Below, piece by piece: positions 7,339 to 16,376 of a DNA stretch of 64,000 nucleotides (its first letter is position 1; each line of letters begins with the position of its first letter). The position numbers and the translations under genes are program-made. Source of the stretch: an uncultured delta proteobacterium (GTDB lineage: Bacteria > Myxococcota_A > Polyangia > Fen-1088); assembly GCA_963755125.1 (NCBI GenBank), contig CAVWIP010000011.1, forward strand, positions 1-64,000, read 5' to 3'. The notes under the pieces are model-generated. The model ran no database searches. It saw nothing but the letters and a program-made list of their open reading frames with translations, and was not told the origin of the DNA.

Positions 7339-9300
7339 GTGGTCTATCTGCTGCTCTTGTTCGTCGCGGGACGCTGCCTTGTGCCGATGGACGAGACGGA
7401 TCTGTTTTTCAACCTGCGCCTGGGCGAGATCGTCCTTTCCACCGGTCATGTCCCGACGGAGAATCTGCTCTCCTTCACCTATCCGGCGGCCCCCGACGTC
7501 AATCTGGCCTGGCTCTTCCAGATCGTGCTCGCGCTCGCCCACCGCGTGGCTGGGATCCCAGGCACAGTGCTGCTCAAGACCGGTTTCGTGCTCGGCACAT
7601 GGGCCGTGCTCTTTCGCGTGGCTGTGCGACGGGGAGCCAAGCCGGCCTGGGCCGCACTGGCGCTGGCCCTGGCGGCGTGGTCGGCTGAACCGCGCTTCGT
7701 CGAACGTCCCCACCTGGTGACCTTTTTCGGGCTGGCCCTGCTGCTCCTGGCCCTGGAACGCGCGGAGGTGGGACGGCCGCGCCTGTTGTGGCTGCTGGTT
7801 CCAGCCGGGCTGCCGTGGGCCAATGCCAACTCGTGCTTCTTCCTGGCGCCGGCGATCCTACTGCTCTATGCCGCCGGTGCGTGGCTGGATGGTGAGCGGA
7901 ATTGCAGCCGGCGAGCGCTGCTGGTCGGCCTGGCGCTCGTTCCGCTGATGTTCGCCACGCCCTCGGGGCTCGGCTGCCTATCGTATGTTGCCAATCATTT
8001 CCGGATGCCTTGGCTGCGGCCCTTGCAGGAGTACCGGACGGCGCGCTGGCCGCTCGATGGGCCCTTCTTCTTCTTGCTGTGTGGTCTGGCCACTGCGATG
8101 GCGATCTCAATTGTCTTGAGGAAAACACAGCATCTGCTCCCTTTCCGCGTTCTCGCTCCCTTGATCGCACTTGCCTGGCTCGGCGCTTTCCGCATCCGCT
8201 TCGTGGCCGAGTTCTCCATCTTGGCAGGCCCGGCGCTGGCGGTGACGGCCAGTCGTTTACCCCAGCGTGGCCGCGCGCTGACCTGGTCCGCAGCAGCGGC
8301 TCTGCTGGCGCTGACCGTGGTTCCTCGCGCCCAGGCTGCCTGGGCCGGCTTTCGCTGGTTCGACATCGGGATCGAGGCTGATCTCGTGCCCGAAGCAGCC
8401 ATCGCCTTCGTCGATCGACATGGCCTGCGCGCGCGCATGTACAACGATCTCGAGGTCGGCTCGTACCTCACCTGGCAGGGCTGGCCGCGCTTTCGCGTAT
8501 TTCAGGATCCTCGCATCAACGGATATCCCGAATCCTTCCACGCGGTCTTGCGCCGCTCGGATCTCTCGCGCGAAGAGTGGCAACATCTGCTCGACGGTTT
8601 TTCCGTCGATGCTGCCTTGCTCACCTACCCAGGCGTCAATCCGCGGGGCGCCTGGTTCGATCCAGAAAAGTGGGCGCTGGTGTACCGGGCTGGCGACGGG
8701 CTGGTGTTCACCCGCCGACTGCCAGAACGTGCGGCCCTGATTGCCGAGTTGGAGATTCCGCTTGGCTTCAGCTATGCGGCGGCGGGCTTGCAGCCAGTTC
8801 CGCTGCTGCAAAGGCCGGCCGAGGCAACGATTGCCGATTGCGAGTGGCAGCGCCGGCTGGGCGATTTCCAACGCAGCGCCGGCGATGATCGAGCCGCCCT
8901 GCGCGCCTACCAATCGGCCCTGGCAGCACCGACGGGAACATGCCTGGATTCAGGCTGGCAGGCCGGCGTGCGACAGACCCTGGGTGCGGTGGCCCTGCGG
9001 CTCGGCGAACTGGCCCGGGCGGCGGCCCTGCTCGACGGCCTGCCTGCGCCCGAAGCCCGCAGCAACCACGGCTTCGCCCTGCTCGGCCTTGGCCAAGCGG
9101 AATCGGCGCTGGCCGATTTCGATGCGGCTCTCGCTGCGTCGCCGGCCAACGACGAATCCTGCTTCGGGCGCGGGCTGGCCCTTGAAGCCCTAGGCCGGCA
9201 GGCCGAGGCCCGAGCGGCTTTCACGGAACTGCTGGCGCGCTCACCCAACCACCTGTCCGCGCCGGTTGCGCGCGAGCATCTACTCCGCCTTCGTGACTGA
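7339..9300 (+). CDS. Polytopic membrane protein (GT-C-like glycosyltransferase) with C-terminal TPRs
   Basis: DLFFNLRLGE first loop, ERPHL, WANA, GSYLTW..VFQDPR motifs; TPR-like C-terminus. Confidence 0.65.
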   Translation: MVYLLLLFVAGRCLVPMDETDLFFNLRLGEIVLSTGHVPTENLLSFTYPAAPDVNLAWLFQIVLALAHRVAGIPGTVLLKTGFVLGTWAVLFRVAVRRGAKPAWAALALALAAWSAEPRFVERPHLVTFFGLALLLLALERAEVGRPRLLWLLVPAGLPWANANSCFFLAPAILLLYAAGAWLDGERNCSRRALLVGLALVPLMFATPSGLGCLSYVANHFRMPWLRPLQEYRTARWPLDGPFFFLLCGLATAMAISIVLRKTQHLLPFRVLAPLIALAWLGAFRIRFVAEFSILAGPALAVTASRLPQRGRALTWSAAAALLALTVVPRAQAAWAGFRWFDIGIEADLVPEAAIAFVDRHGLRARMYNDLEVGSYLTWQGWPRFRVFQDPRINGYPESFHAVLRRSDLSREEWQHLLDGFSVDAALLTYPGVNPRGAWFDPEKWALVYRAGDGLVFTRRLPERAALIAELEIPLGFSYAAAGLQPVPLLQRPAEATIADCEWQRRLGDFQRSAGDDRAALRAYQSALAAPTGTCLDSGWQAGVRQTLGAVALRLGELARAAALLDGLPAPEARSNHGFALLGLGQAESALADFDAALAASPANDESCFGRGLALEALGRQAEARAAFTELLARSPNHLSAPVAREHLLRLRD

Positions 9301-9304
9301 TCTT

Positions 9305-9826
9305 TCAGTCGAGGCCCATCGCTGCAAACGGCGTGTCGTCGGTGAATTCCTTCACCTCGAGCTTCTCGTGAATGAGACGGCGCACGGCGGTCGCAATCTC
9401 CTCGCGCGTGCGCAAGCGCGCCACCTCCTGCGGACCGGGTGTGCCCCGATCGGAAATCTGCAGCGCCGTGTTTCCCACGATGGCTGCGGCCCCATGATCG
9501 CGGCGCAGAGGACCGCCGACGTACTTCTCGATCTCGTACCACAGCTTGTCGGCGTGGGCGTGCGAGCGAGGCAACAAGCTGTCCCAGGTCGTCGAGGGAA
9601 CGATCTCGACGTGCTGCGGCCCGAGCACCTGCACGATGGCGTTGCACAAGGTGGCGAACGCGCGCTGGGTTGAGTGCGCGACCGCCTCGGGTGCCGGGGC
9701 GAATTTCTCCATCAAATAGTCCACCAGCGCGCGCGGCGTGGCGAGACGATCCATGTCCTCGTCGGGAATGGGAATACCGAACTCATCTTCGGTGACGATG
9801 ACGACTTCGACCAGCGCAAGGCCCAT
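9305..9826 (-). CDS. Acyl-carrier-protein-like hypothetical protein
   Basis: N-terminus MGLALVEVVIVTEDEFGIPIPDEDMDRLAT (ACP helices II-IV) and C-terminus EFTDDTPFAAMGLD (ACP loop I); GGAG RBS. Confidence 0.55.
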   Translation of the reverse strand: MGLALVEVVIVTEDEFGIPIPDEDMDRLATPRALVDYLMEKFAPAPEAVAHSTQRAFATLCNAIVQVLGPQHVEIVPSTTWDSLLPRSHAHADKLWYEIEKYVGGPLRRDHGAAAIVGNTALQISDRGTPGPQEVARLRTREEIATAVRRLIHEKLEVKEFTDDTPFAAMGLD

Positions 9827-9937
9827 GGTGTTCTCCGTGCTGTGACAAGGAAATCCTGAAAAAGTCTTCAGGCCTTCCCACAGGATGATCCCACAACTGA
9901 CTGCCCCCAGTCGATGCCCATGTCATAGACTGGGGCC

Positions 9938-11617
9938 GTGCTGCCCGCGCGCGCGCGAACGACGATATTCCTGCGCCTTTTCCTTGCGCTGGTCGTCGTG
10001 GCCGTCGTCCTCGAACGAGTGTACGCGCTGCTGCACGCCGGGCCCACGGATTTCGACGATTCGTACATGTATCTGCGTTACGCGCACGACGCTCTGGCAG
10101 GCCAGTGGCTGGCGTGGAATCCGGGCGAGACGCCGGTCTACGGCGTGACCAGCCTCCTCCACTTTCTTCTCGTCACTCTGGTCAGCGGGCTGCTGCCAGC
10201 CCATCACGCGGCGCCCTTGCAGATTGCGTCTGGCGCGGCTGCGCTGGCGTTGCTCGCCACCTTGGTCGCGCTGTGCGCGCGTTTCTCGCGAGATGTTCGA
10301 CTCTGCGGCAACACTCTGCTCTGGGGCGCGCTGCTGCTGCCGCTCCTCTGCTTTCGCGAGACGTTCTTCTTCCACGCTCACACGGGCATGGACACCATGC
10401 TGGCCGCCTTGGCCAACACCGCCGTCGTGTTCACGTCGCTGTGGTTGGCGGAAAAGCCGTCGCCCGCGCGGGTTCTGGCCGCCGCGGGCGTGGGCCTGCT
10501 TGCCATCGAGGCGCGGCCAGACAATGGGATCGTCGCAGTTCTTTGCCCACTTCTCGCCCTCCTGTTACTCGCGCCAGCGCCGCGCCTGCGAGCGCTGCTC
10601 TTGTGGGCCGGCACGCTCGGCGGGCTGGTGTTGATAGATGTGACTTTGAAGTGGCGTTTTCTCGGCACGCCCCTGCCGCTTGCTTTCTACGCCAAGCAGC
10701 CCTGGTACTACCGTGGCTTCGTCGGCGAGTTCACCTGGAACCCGTTCCTCTTCCTTGAAGTGGCACTCGCGACGGTCTCGCCTTTTCTGGTGGCCGTGGT
10801 GCTCTTTGCTCGACGGGACAGCGCGCGGTTGCTGGTGGTGCTGCTCGTCCCAGCAGCTGCCACCTGCACCGCCCTGTTCTCGGTCAACCAGATCATGGGT
10901 CACCTGGGACGCTTCTATTTCCCGTCGCTGCCGCTCTTCGTGGTGACAGGCGCGCTGGTGACTGACCGCTGGCTGCAAGGGTTACCCGAAAGACTTCGCT
11001 CGACTGAGGGCTCGTCTCGTCTCGCGCGATCGCTGCTGCTCCGTTTGCTCTGCGCGTTGCTCGCGATTGTCGGCGGCGCCAGCGCGCTGGAAGCTGCGGG
11101 CCACGCCTATGAAGGCCGCGCACAAACCCAGGCATTGGCCTCACTCGACGGCTATCGCATTTCTGCGACTGCGCCTCTTCCTGAACTCGACTCGTGGCAG
11201 TCCTCGCATGAGATGGCGAGACTGGCAGCCGAGTCGCCGCCCGGCACGACCTTCGCCATGTCCGAGCATGGCCTGGTGGGCGCGTACGCTCCGCGCGCCG
11301 CGATCATCGACGTGCTCGGCCTGCACGATTCGATCTTTGCCCGCCAGGGCTTCTCCCCGGCGGAACTGTGGCGGCGCCGGCCCGACGTGATCTGGATGCC
11401 CCACCCTGACCACACGCAGATGTTGCGCGACATCCTCGACAGCGACGAGTTGTGGCAGCACTACGTCTTTTATCCCGCCGCCTTCACCTATGGCGTGGCC
11501 TTGCGGCAGGACGGACCACACTATGCGATCCTGTCGGAGCTTTTCCGAGAACTTTGGCAGGCCACCTACCCGGATCTTCGACCGGAGGACTATCTGGCCC
11601 GTCAGTCGCGCAGATAG
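9938..11617 (+). CDS. Polytopic membrane protein, GT-C superfamily (arabinofuranosyltransferase-like)
   Basis: [42 protein letters not shown] motifs. Confidence 0.7.
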   Translation: MLPARARTTIFLRLFLALVVVAVVLERVYALLHAGPTDFDDSYMYLRYAHDALAGQWLAWNPGETPVYGVTSLLHFLLVTLVSGLLPAHHAAPLQIASGAAALALLATLVALCARFSRDVRLCGNTLLWGALLLPLLCFRETFFFHAHTGMDTMLAALANTAVVFTSLWLAEKPSPARVLAAAGVGLLAIEARPDNGIVAVLCPLLALLLLAPAPRLRALLLWAGTLGGLVLIDVTLKWRFLGTPLPLAFYAKQPWYYRGFVGEFTWNPFLFLEVALATVSPFLVAVVLFARRDSARLLVVLLVPAAATCTALFSVNQIMGHLGRFYFPSLPLFVVTGALVTDRWLQGLPERLRSTEGSSRLARSLLLRLLCALLAIVGGASALEAAGHAYEGRAQTQALASLDGYRISATAPLPELDSWQSSHEMARLAAESPPGTTFAMSEHGLVGAYAPRAAIIDVLGLHDSIFARQGFSPAELWRRRPDVIWMPHPDHTQMLRDILDSDELWQHYVFYPAAFTYGVALRQDGPHYAILSELFRELWQATYPDLRPEDYLARQSRR

Positions 11618-12675
11618 TGGCAGGTGTAGCCGCCTGGATTCTTCTGCAGGTAGTCCTGGTGGTATTCCTCGGCCGGGTAGAACGGGCCGGCCTTGACGAT
11701 CTCGGTTACCACTTTCTTGTCCCACTTGCCCGAACGATCCACCTCGGCCTTCACCCGCTCGGCGGTGCGCTGCTGCTCTTCGCTGTTCCAAAAAATCGCT
11801 GACCGGTACTGCGAGCCCATATCGTTGCCCTGCCGGTTGAGCGTGGTCGGGTCGTGCAGGCGGAAGAAATAGCGCAGAATGTTCTCGTAAGAGATCTGTC
11901 GCGGATCAAAGACGATCTGCACTGCCTCGGTGTGGCCGGTCCGCCCGGTGTGGACGTCCTCGTAGCGCGGGTTGGCCAGGGTTCCGCCGGTGTACCCCAC
12001 CGTGCTTTCGATGACTCCGGGGAGCTTGCGAATCAGTTCCTGAACACCCCAGAAACAGCCGCCCGCCAGCGTGGCGACCTCCGTCTTCGCTTGCGCCACT
12101 GGGCCCGCCTTGTCGTCGGTCGCGGCCAACTTGCTCGGCTTGCGGCCAAAGAGAGGCAGGTACTTGCCGTACCCCTCGGCTTCCAGGCTGTCGACGGGAA
12201 TGAAGCGCATGGCCGCCGAGTTCATGCAATAGCGCTGGTGCGAGGGCGCCGGCCCATCGTCGAAGACATGCCCCAGATGCGAGTCGGCATGACGCGAGCG
12301 CACTTCCACGCGCGACATCCCCAGCGAGTCGTCCGTCTTGCTCACCACGTTCGCCGCTTCAAGTGGCCGGGTGAAGCTGGGCCAGCCTGTCCCAGATTCA
12401 TACTTGTCTCGCGACGAGAAGAGCGGCTCGCCCGACACGACATCGACGTATATGCCGTCGGCGTGGTTGTTCCAGTACTGGTTCTCGAACGGCGGTTCGG
12501 TGCCGTCTTCTTGGGTCACTTGGTACTGCAGGGATGTAAGGCGTTTGCGCAACTCACTGCGCCTCGGTTTTCCGTTTTCGTCAGCCTTGGCCATGATGTT
12601 CGCCCCGCTCGATGCCGCAAACCAGACGACGGCGCCGGCGCCCAAAACAACGAACGCCAAAGCCAGCAACCGCAT
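11602..12675 (-). CDS. msrAB: Bifunctional peptide-methionine sulfoxide reductase (MsrB-MsrA order) with N-terminal signal/anchor
   Basis: Msr[27 protein letters not shown]; Msr[22 protein letters not shown]. Confidence 0.95.
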   Translation of the reverse strand: MRLLALAFVVLGAGAVVWFAASSGANIMAKADENGKPRRSELRKRLTSLQYQVTQEDGTEPPFENQYWNNHADGIYVDVVSGEPLFSSRDKYESGTGWPSFTRPLEAANVVSKTDDSLGMSRVEVRSRHADSHLGHVFDDGPAPSHQRYCMNSAAMRFIPVDSLEAEGYGKYLPLFGRKPSKLAATDDKAGPVAQAKTEVATLAGGCFWGVQELIRKLPGVIESTVGYTGGTLANPRYEDVHTGRTGHTEAVQIVFDPRQISYENILRYFFRLHDPTTLNRQGNDMGSQYRSAIFWNSEEQQRTAERVKAEVDRSGKWDKKVVTEIVKAGPFYPAEEYHQDYLQKNPGGYTCHYLRD

Positions 12676-12820
12676 CGGTGTGGTTCGCAAGATTCCTTTG
12701 CTCCATAGTTTCGATGCCGGCCACTGCGGCAACGGTGCGTCCGAGCGCAGGACCCAGGGTAGCAACTCCGGCCTTTCTTCCTGGGCCGTCCCATCGGTTT
12801 TCGCGGTAGCATCAGCGTCC

Positions 12821-13879
12821 ATGCGCCCTGCCATTGCCAACCAACGCTTCCTGATTTCGGTCCTCTTCCTGCTGCTGGGCAGCTTCCCGCTTGCCGTGAG
12901 GGCCGACGCCATTCAGGTCCGCATGATCACCAAGGTCGGGGTGGGCCAGAAGCCCAAGCTGGAGATCACCGCCCTGCAGAATGTCGAACGCGTCGAAGTC
13001 ATGCTCAACCGCGAAGATGGCAAGAACGTGGGCCAGAACTTTGGCGCCCTAGGCGTGGGCGAAATGCGCGAGGTATTTCTCGACGGGAAACCCGGCAAGC
13101 ACCACTACAGCGGCCGCGTCACCTGTGTCGTCGATGGCGAGCCCCAGGACAGCCAGATCTATTTCGATACCCTGGTGGGCGGCGAATTGACGGTGATCGT
13201 CGACAAGACCAAGGTGGATCTGTCCGCAGGCCGCATGCCCATCCAGGTCAACAGCCCGGACGGCAAAGTGGCGCTGCGCATCTCCGGCGCGTCGGGCGGC
13301 GAGCCCCTGCTCGAACACGAACAGGAGTTCACCGGCCACGACCCCGCGACTCCCCTCTTCGTCACCTGGAAACCCTTGCCCAAGGGCACCGAGGTGGGGC
13401 GGGTCGACGTCAAGGTCACCGACGCCAGTGGCGCGTTCAAGAGCTTCGCGTACTCCCCCTGGTTGATCAACATCCCGCACGAAGAAGTCAACTTCGCAAC
13501 CGATTCGGCCAGCATCGACCGCGCGGAGATCCCGAAGCTAGAGGCCAGCCTGAGCAAGATCGCCGATGCGCTGGCCAAGCACAAGAATCTCAGTCCCCCG
13601 CCCAAGCTGTATATCGCGGGTCATACCGACACCGTCGGAACTGCCGCCCACAACCTCGACCTGTCCCGTCGGCGCGCCCAGTCCATCGCCGGGTGGTTTC
13701 GCAAGAATGGCCTGCGCATTCCCATTGCCTACGAGGGATTCGGCGAATTCGCGCTGCTGGTGGCCACGCCCGACAACACCGACGAACGACGCAACCGCCG
13801 GGTGGACTACATCCTCGCGACGGAGGATCCGGTTCTTAGGGCGACGGAATTTCAGGCGGTTTGGAAGCCCATCAAGTAG
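12821..13879 (+). CDS. OmpA-family peptidoglycan-binding exported protein
   Basis: Signal peptide; C-terminal [28 protein letters not shown]. Confidence 0.9.
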   Translation: MRPAIANQRFLISVLFLLLGSFPLAVRADAIQVRMITKVGVGQKPKLEITALQNVERVEVMLNREDGKNVGQNFGALGVGEMREVFLDGKPGKHHYSGRVTCVVDGEPQDSQIYFDTLVGGELTVIVDKTKVDLSAGRMPIQVNSPDGKVALRISGASGGEPLLEHEQEFTGHDPATPLFVTWKPLPKGTEVGRVDVKVTDASGAFKSFAYSPWLINIPHEEVNFATDSASIDRAEIPKLEASLSKIADALAKHKNLSPPPKLYIAGHTDTVGTAAHNLDLSRRRAQSIAGWFRKNGLRIPIAYEGFGEFALLVATPDNTDERRNRRVDYILATEDPVLRATEFQAVWKPIK

Positions 13880-13890
13880 GGCGTCCGACG

Positions 13891-14217
13891 CTACCGGATG
13901 GTCACCGTCACGCCCGCGGCAGTGCGGGCCAGATCCTCGACCAGGGCGAAAAGCTCCACGCCTTGGCCCCGATCGTCGACCCAGCCACCGCCAGCAGCCC
14001 GCAGGTCAAAGTGCCAGGCGCGATCGCGGAACGCCGCCCAGATCTGGCGCGTCGGCGTCTGGGGCGAAAGAATCAGCTCTTGCTTCTCGCGAAACACGAT
14101 GGTCAGGGTGCCTTGCGAGAACGTGGATTCTGCCAGATCGGGATCGACGGTCTCGAAAGCGGCATCGATGCGGTGAAAGGTATCGTCGACCAGTTGTCGG
14201 TACAGCTTCTCTTCCAT
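13891..14217 (-). CDS. cyaY: Iron donor protein CyaY (frataxin)
   Basis: GTLTIVF..LILSPQTPTRQIWAA..WHF motif. Confidence 0.85.
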   Translation of the reverse strand: MEEKLYRQLVDDTFHRIDAAFETVDPDLAESTFSQGTLTIVFREKQELILSPQTPTRQIWAAFRDRAWHFDLRAAGGGWVDDRGQGVELFALVEDLARTAAGVTVTIR

Positions 14218-14255
14218 GGCTTGCGGCAGTCTACATCCTGCGACCGACGGTCGCT

Positions 14256-14624
14256 TCACTCGCTCGGCTTGAGACGACCCTGCCCGATGATGTTGCGCAG
14301 GGCCTTGCGATCCTGCGGCGACAGCTTTTCCTGGGGTGGCTGGGCTGGAATCGCTTCCGAATCAGCTCCCGTGCCATCGCCGCGCATGAGCACCTTGCCA
14401 GGCACATTCTTGGCCACGCCCTTGACCACGTGATCGGTCGCCTCGTCGACCAGACCGCCCACCTTCTCCTTGGTCCCCCGCCGAAGTTCCTGCGTTTCCT
14501 TGGTGTCCCAGATGGCGCGTAGGTGCCGAAAGAAGGTTCGCTCACCCAGTTTCACCGTCATGCCGTAGAACACCCCCGCACCGAGGAGGCCCAAGACCAG
14601 GAGGAGCTTCAGCAAACGAAACAC
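14256..14624 (-). CDS. Hypothetical membrane-anchored protein
   Basis: N-terminal TM, VKLGERTFFRHL, terminal LSPQDRKALRNII; in operon context with cyaY. Confidence 0.65.
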   Translation of the reverse strand: MFRLLKLLLVLGLLGAGVFYGMTVKLGERTFFRHLRAIWDTKETQELRRGTKEKVGGLVDEATDHVVKGVAKNVPGKVLMRGDGTGADSEAIPAQPPQEKLSPQDRKALRNIIGQGRLKPSE

Positions 14625-14697
14625 TTCGATCTAGTTAGCACCGGCCGCGCTGCCGCGCCAGTTCTCGGCTATCTTGATGGGAACCGTGGCAGACCAG

Positions 14698-16134
14698 CTA
14701 GTACTCGAAGTGGAGCCGGCAGCCCACGAACTTCACCGGTCCGCGATCGGTATTGTAGCCGGGATTCATCACGTACTGGCCGTCAAGCGTGAGCCACAAG
14801 CCGGCGAATGCCGCGAACGAGTAGTAAGCCTCGACGATGCGCTCGGGCCGGTAGTTGAGCTGCCCGTCGCCAAGGAAGTTCCCCAGGCCACCGGCCGCGA
14901 GGTACGCGCGGTGCGCGTCCGACAGGCCATTCTGCACGAACGCGGCCGCAAGGGTGTCACGCGGGCGAAACCACGGCCGCCCGTGCATGGCCAGGCCCGT
15001 GGTCAGCGATCGATCGATCTCGGCAAAGGCGTAGGTTTCGGTGCGCCCGTCATTCCAGCTATAGCGGCCGAACAGGCTCAGGTCGCGGGTGAGGTTCTGG
15101 TCCAGGCCAACCCCGAAACCCAGCTTGGCTCGATCGCGGCGCACGTCGGCGACCGCAGGGGTGCCACCATTTGCCGCGGCGTAGGCGAGCGCATCGCTGA
15201 ACCCTCCCATCTTGGCATAGTTGAGGAAGGGCGTCACACGCACGCTCCCCTGGCGGCCCCAGAGGGCGTGTCGATGCTCGACCTCGAGATTCTCGCCGAA
15301 GTGAGCCCACAGCCGGTAGTCGAGCGGGAGTCCATTCGACTCCTTGGGCTGCGCGAAGTGGCCGAAGCGGAAGGCCCAGTCGTCGCGATAGTACTCGACG
15401 GCGAAGCCCACGGTGTAGCCGCGCGCATCAGCGGCGTAGTCTGAAGCGCCGCCCGCCATCAACGCCCAGTTGAAAAACTGGGTGCGCGGGTCGTGCGCGA
15501 AGGCGTTGTTGTCGAAAATATCGATGAGCGCCATCTGCCCGACGGTCACGACCAGGCGACGCGAAGACACCTGCCCGCCGAACTGATTGGCGCCAGCCTC
15601 GACCGGCGCCTCCGCCCCGCCCAGCCAGATGGTCTGGCGAATGAAGGCCCGCGCGCTGTACAGGCGGGCCGTGGGGCCTCCCGTCTTCTGATTCTCGCCG
15701 TTGCTCATGCCGCCAAGACCGTGGAGGGTGGACAGAGGCACGCTCTGGATCATCTCCGGGTTGAAGAACAACTCGGCGCCTCGCCAGAGCCGGTGTCCCA
15801 GAAAAAGCGTTGCCGTGAGGGTATAGCCCGTCTCGTACTGCGAATGGAGACTATGAGGTCCATCGGGAATCTGCGTTGCGAAGCCCGGATGCATCTGCCA
15901 GACGTAAGTTGTCTGGAAATTCGCGTTCCAGTCTTCGGGTCGCAGTGCCCGCGCCAGCCACGTCGGACGTTCATCGACCTCGACAGCCGAAGGTGGCATC
16001 GGGCCGGCTTCCGTGGCCGCCGGCTCGGCCCGGGCCGGCGATACCACAAGCGTCACACCCGCGAGGACGGCGAGTGCGACGCTGCGAGGGAGGGGAATGC
16101 TCCGGCGTGCAAGCACGGCCCCTGCGTCTAGCAC
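14698..16134 (-). CDS. OprB-family carbohydrate/metal porin (start uncertain)
   Basis: DIFDNNAFAHDPRTQFFNW, DYAADARGYT, TETYAFAEIDRS, NPGYNTDRGPV, terminal aromatic residue. Confidence 0.85.
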   Translation of the reverse strand: MLDAGAVLARRSIPLPRSVALAVLAGVTLVVSPARAEPAATEAGPMPPSAVEVDERPTWLARALRPEDWNANFQTTYVWQMHPGFATQIPDGPHSLHSQYETGYTLTATLFLGHRLWRGAELFFNPEMIQSVPLSTLHGLGGMSNGENQKTGGPTARLYSARAFIRQTIWLGGAEAPVEAGANQFGGQVSSRRLVVTVGQMALIDIFDNNAFAHDPRTQFFNWALMAGGASDYAADARGYTVGFAVEYYRDDWAFRFGHFAQPKESNGLPLDYRLWAHFGENLEVEHRHALWGRQGSVRVTPFLNYAKMGGFSDALAYAAANGGTPAVADVRRDRAKLGFGVGLDQNLTRDLSLFGRYSWNDGRTETYAFAEIDRSLTTGLAMHGRPWFRPRDTLAAAFVQNGLSDAHRAYLAAGGLGNFLGDGQLNYRPERIVEAYYSFAAFAGLWLTLDGQYVMNPGYNTDRGPVKFVGCRLHFEY

Positions 16135-16304
16135 GACTCAGCACAAGAAACCCACCCGAAGAGACAGCGTCGCATGAGATTGTCGGAAGAGCACGCGCGC
16201 GGACGACGTGGCGGTGATGGTTTCTGCGGGTTCGACGGTCGCTCCCTCTATGATGTACTGCAAAGGTCTGCTTGAATGTTCAGTCGTGCAGCTACACCCG
16301 TACC

Positions 16305-16356
16305 CCAGCGTTGTTCCGCCGAACAGCCTGCGCGATCATCCAGCGGACAACGCTGG
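16305..16356. terminator. GC-rich stem-loop just downstream of the GH2 gene
   Basis: CCAGCGTTGT(T)CCGC ... GCGGACAACGCTGG: 14-bp stem with one bulge and no clear U-tract. Confidence 0.35.
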
Positions 16357-16376
16357 TAGCCACACAAGGGTCTCCT

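Noticed and set aside
11602..12675. Selenocysteine-containing Msr
   Set aside because: Catalytic positions are ordinary Cys codons and there is no in-frame TGA.
16135..16300. Metal or fluoride riboswitch upstream of the OprB-type porin
   Set aside because: Only short stems; no consensus could be matched on the coding strand by eye. An Rfam scan would be needed.
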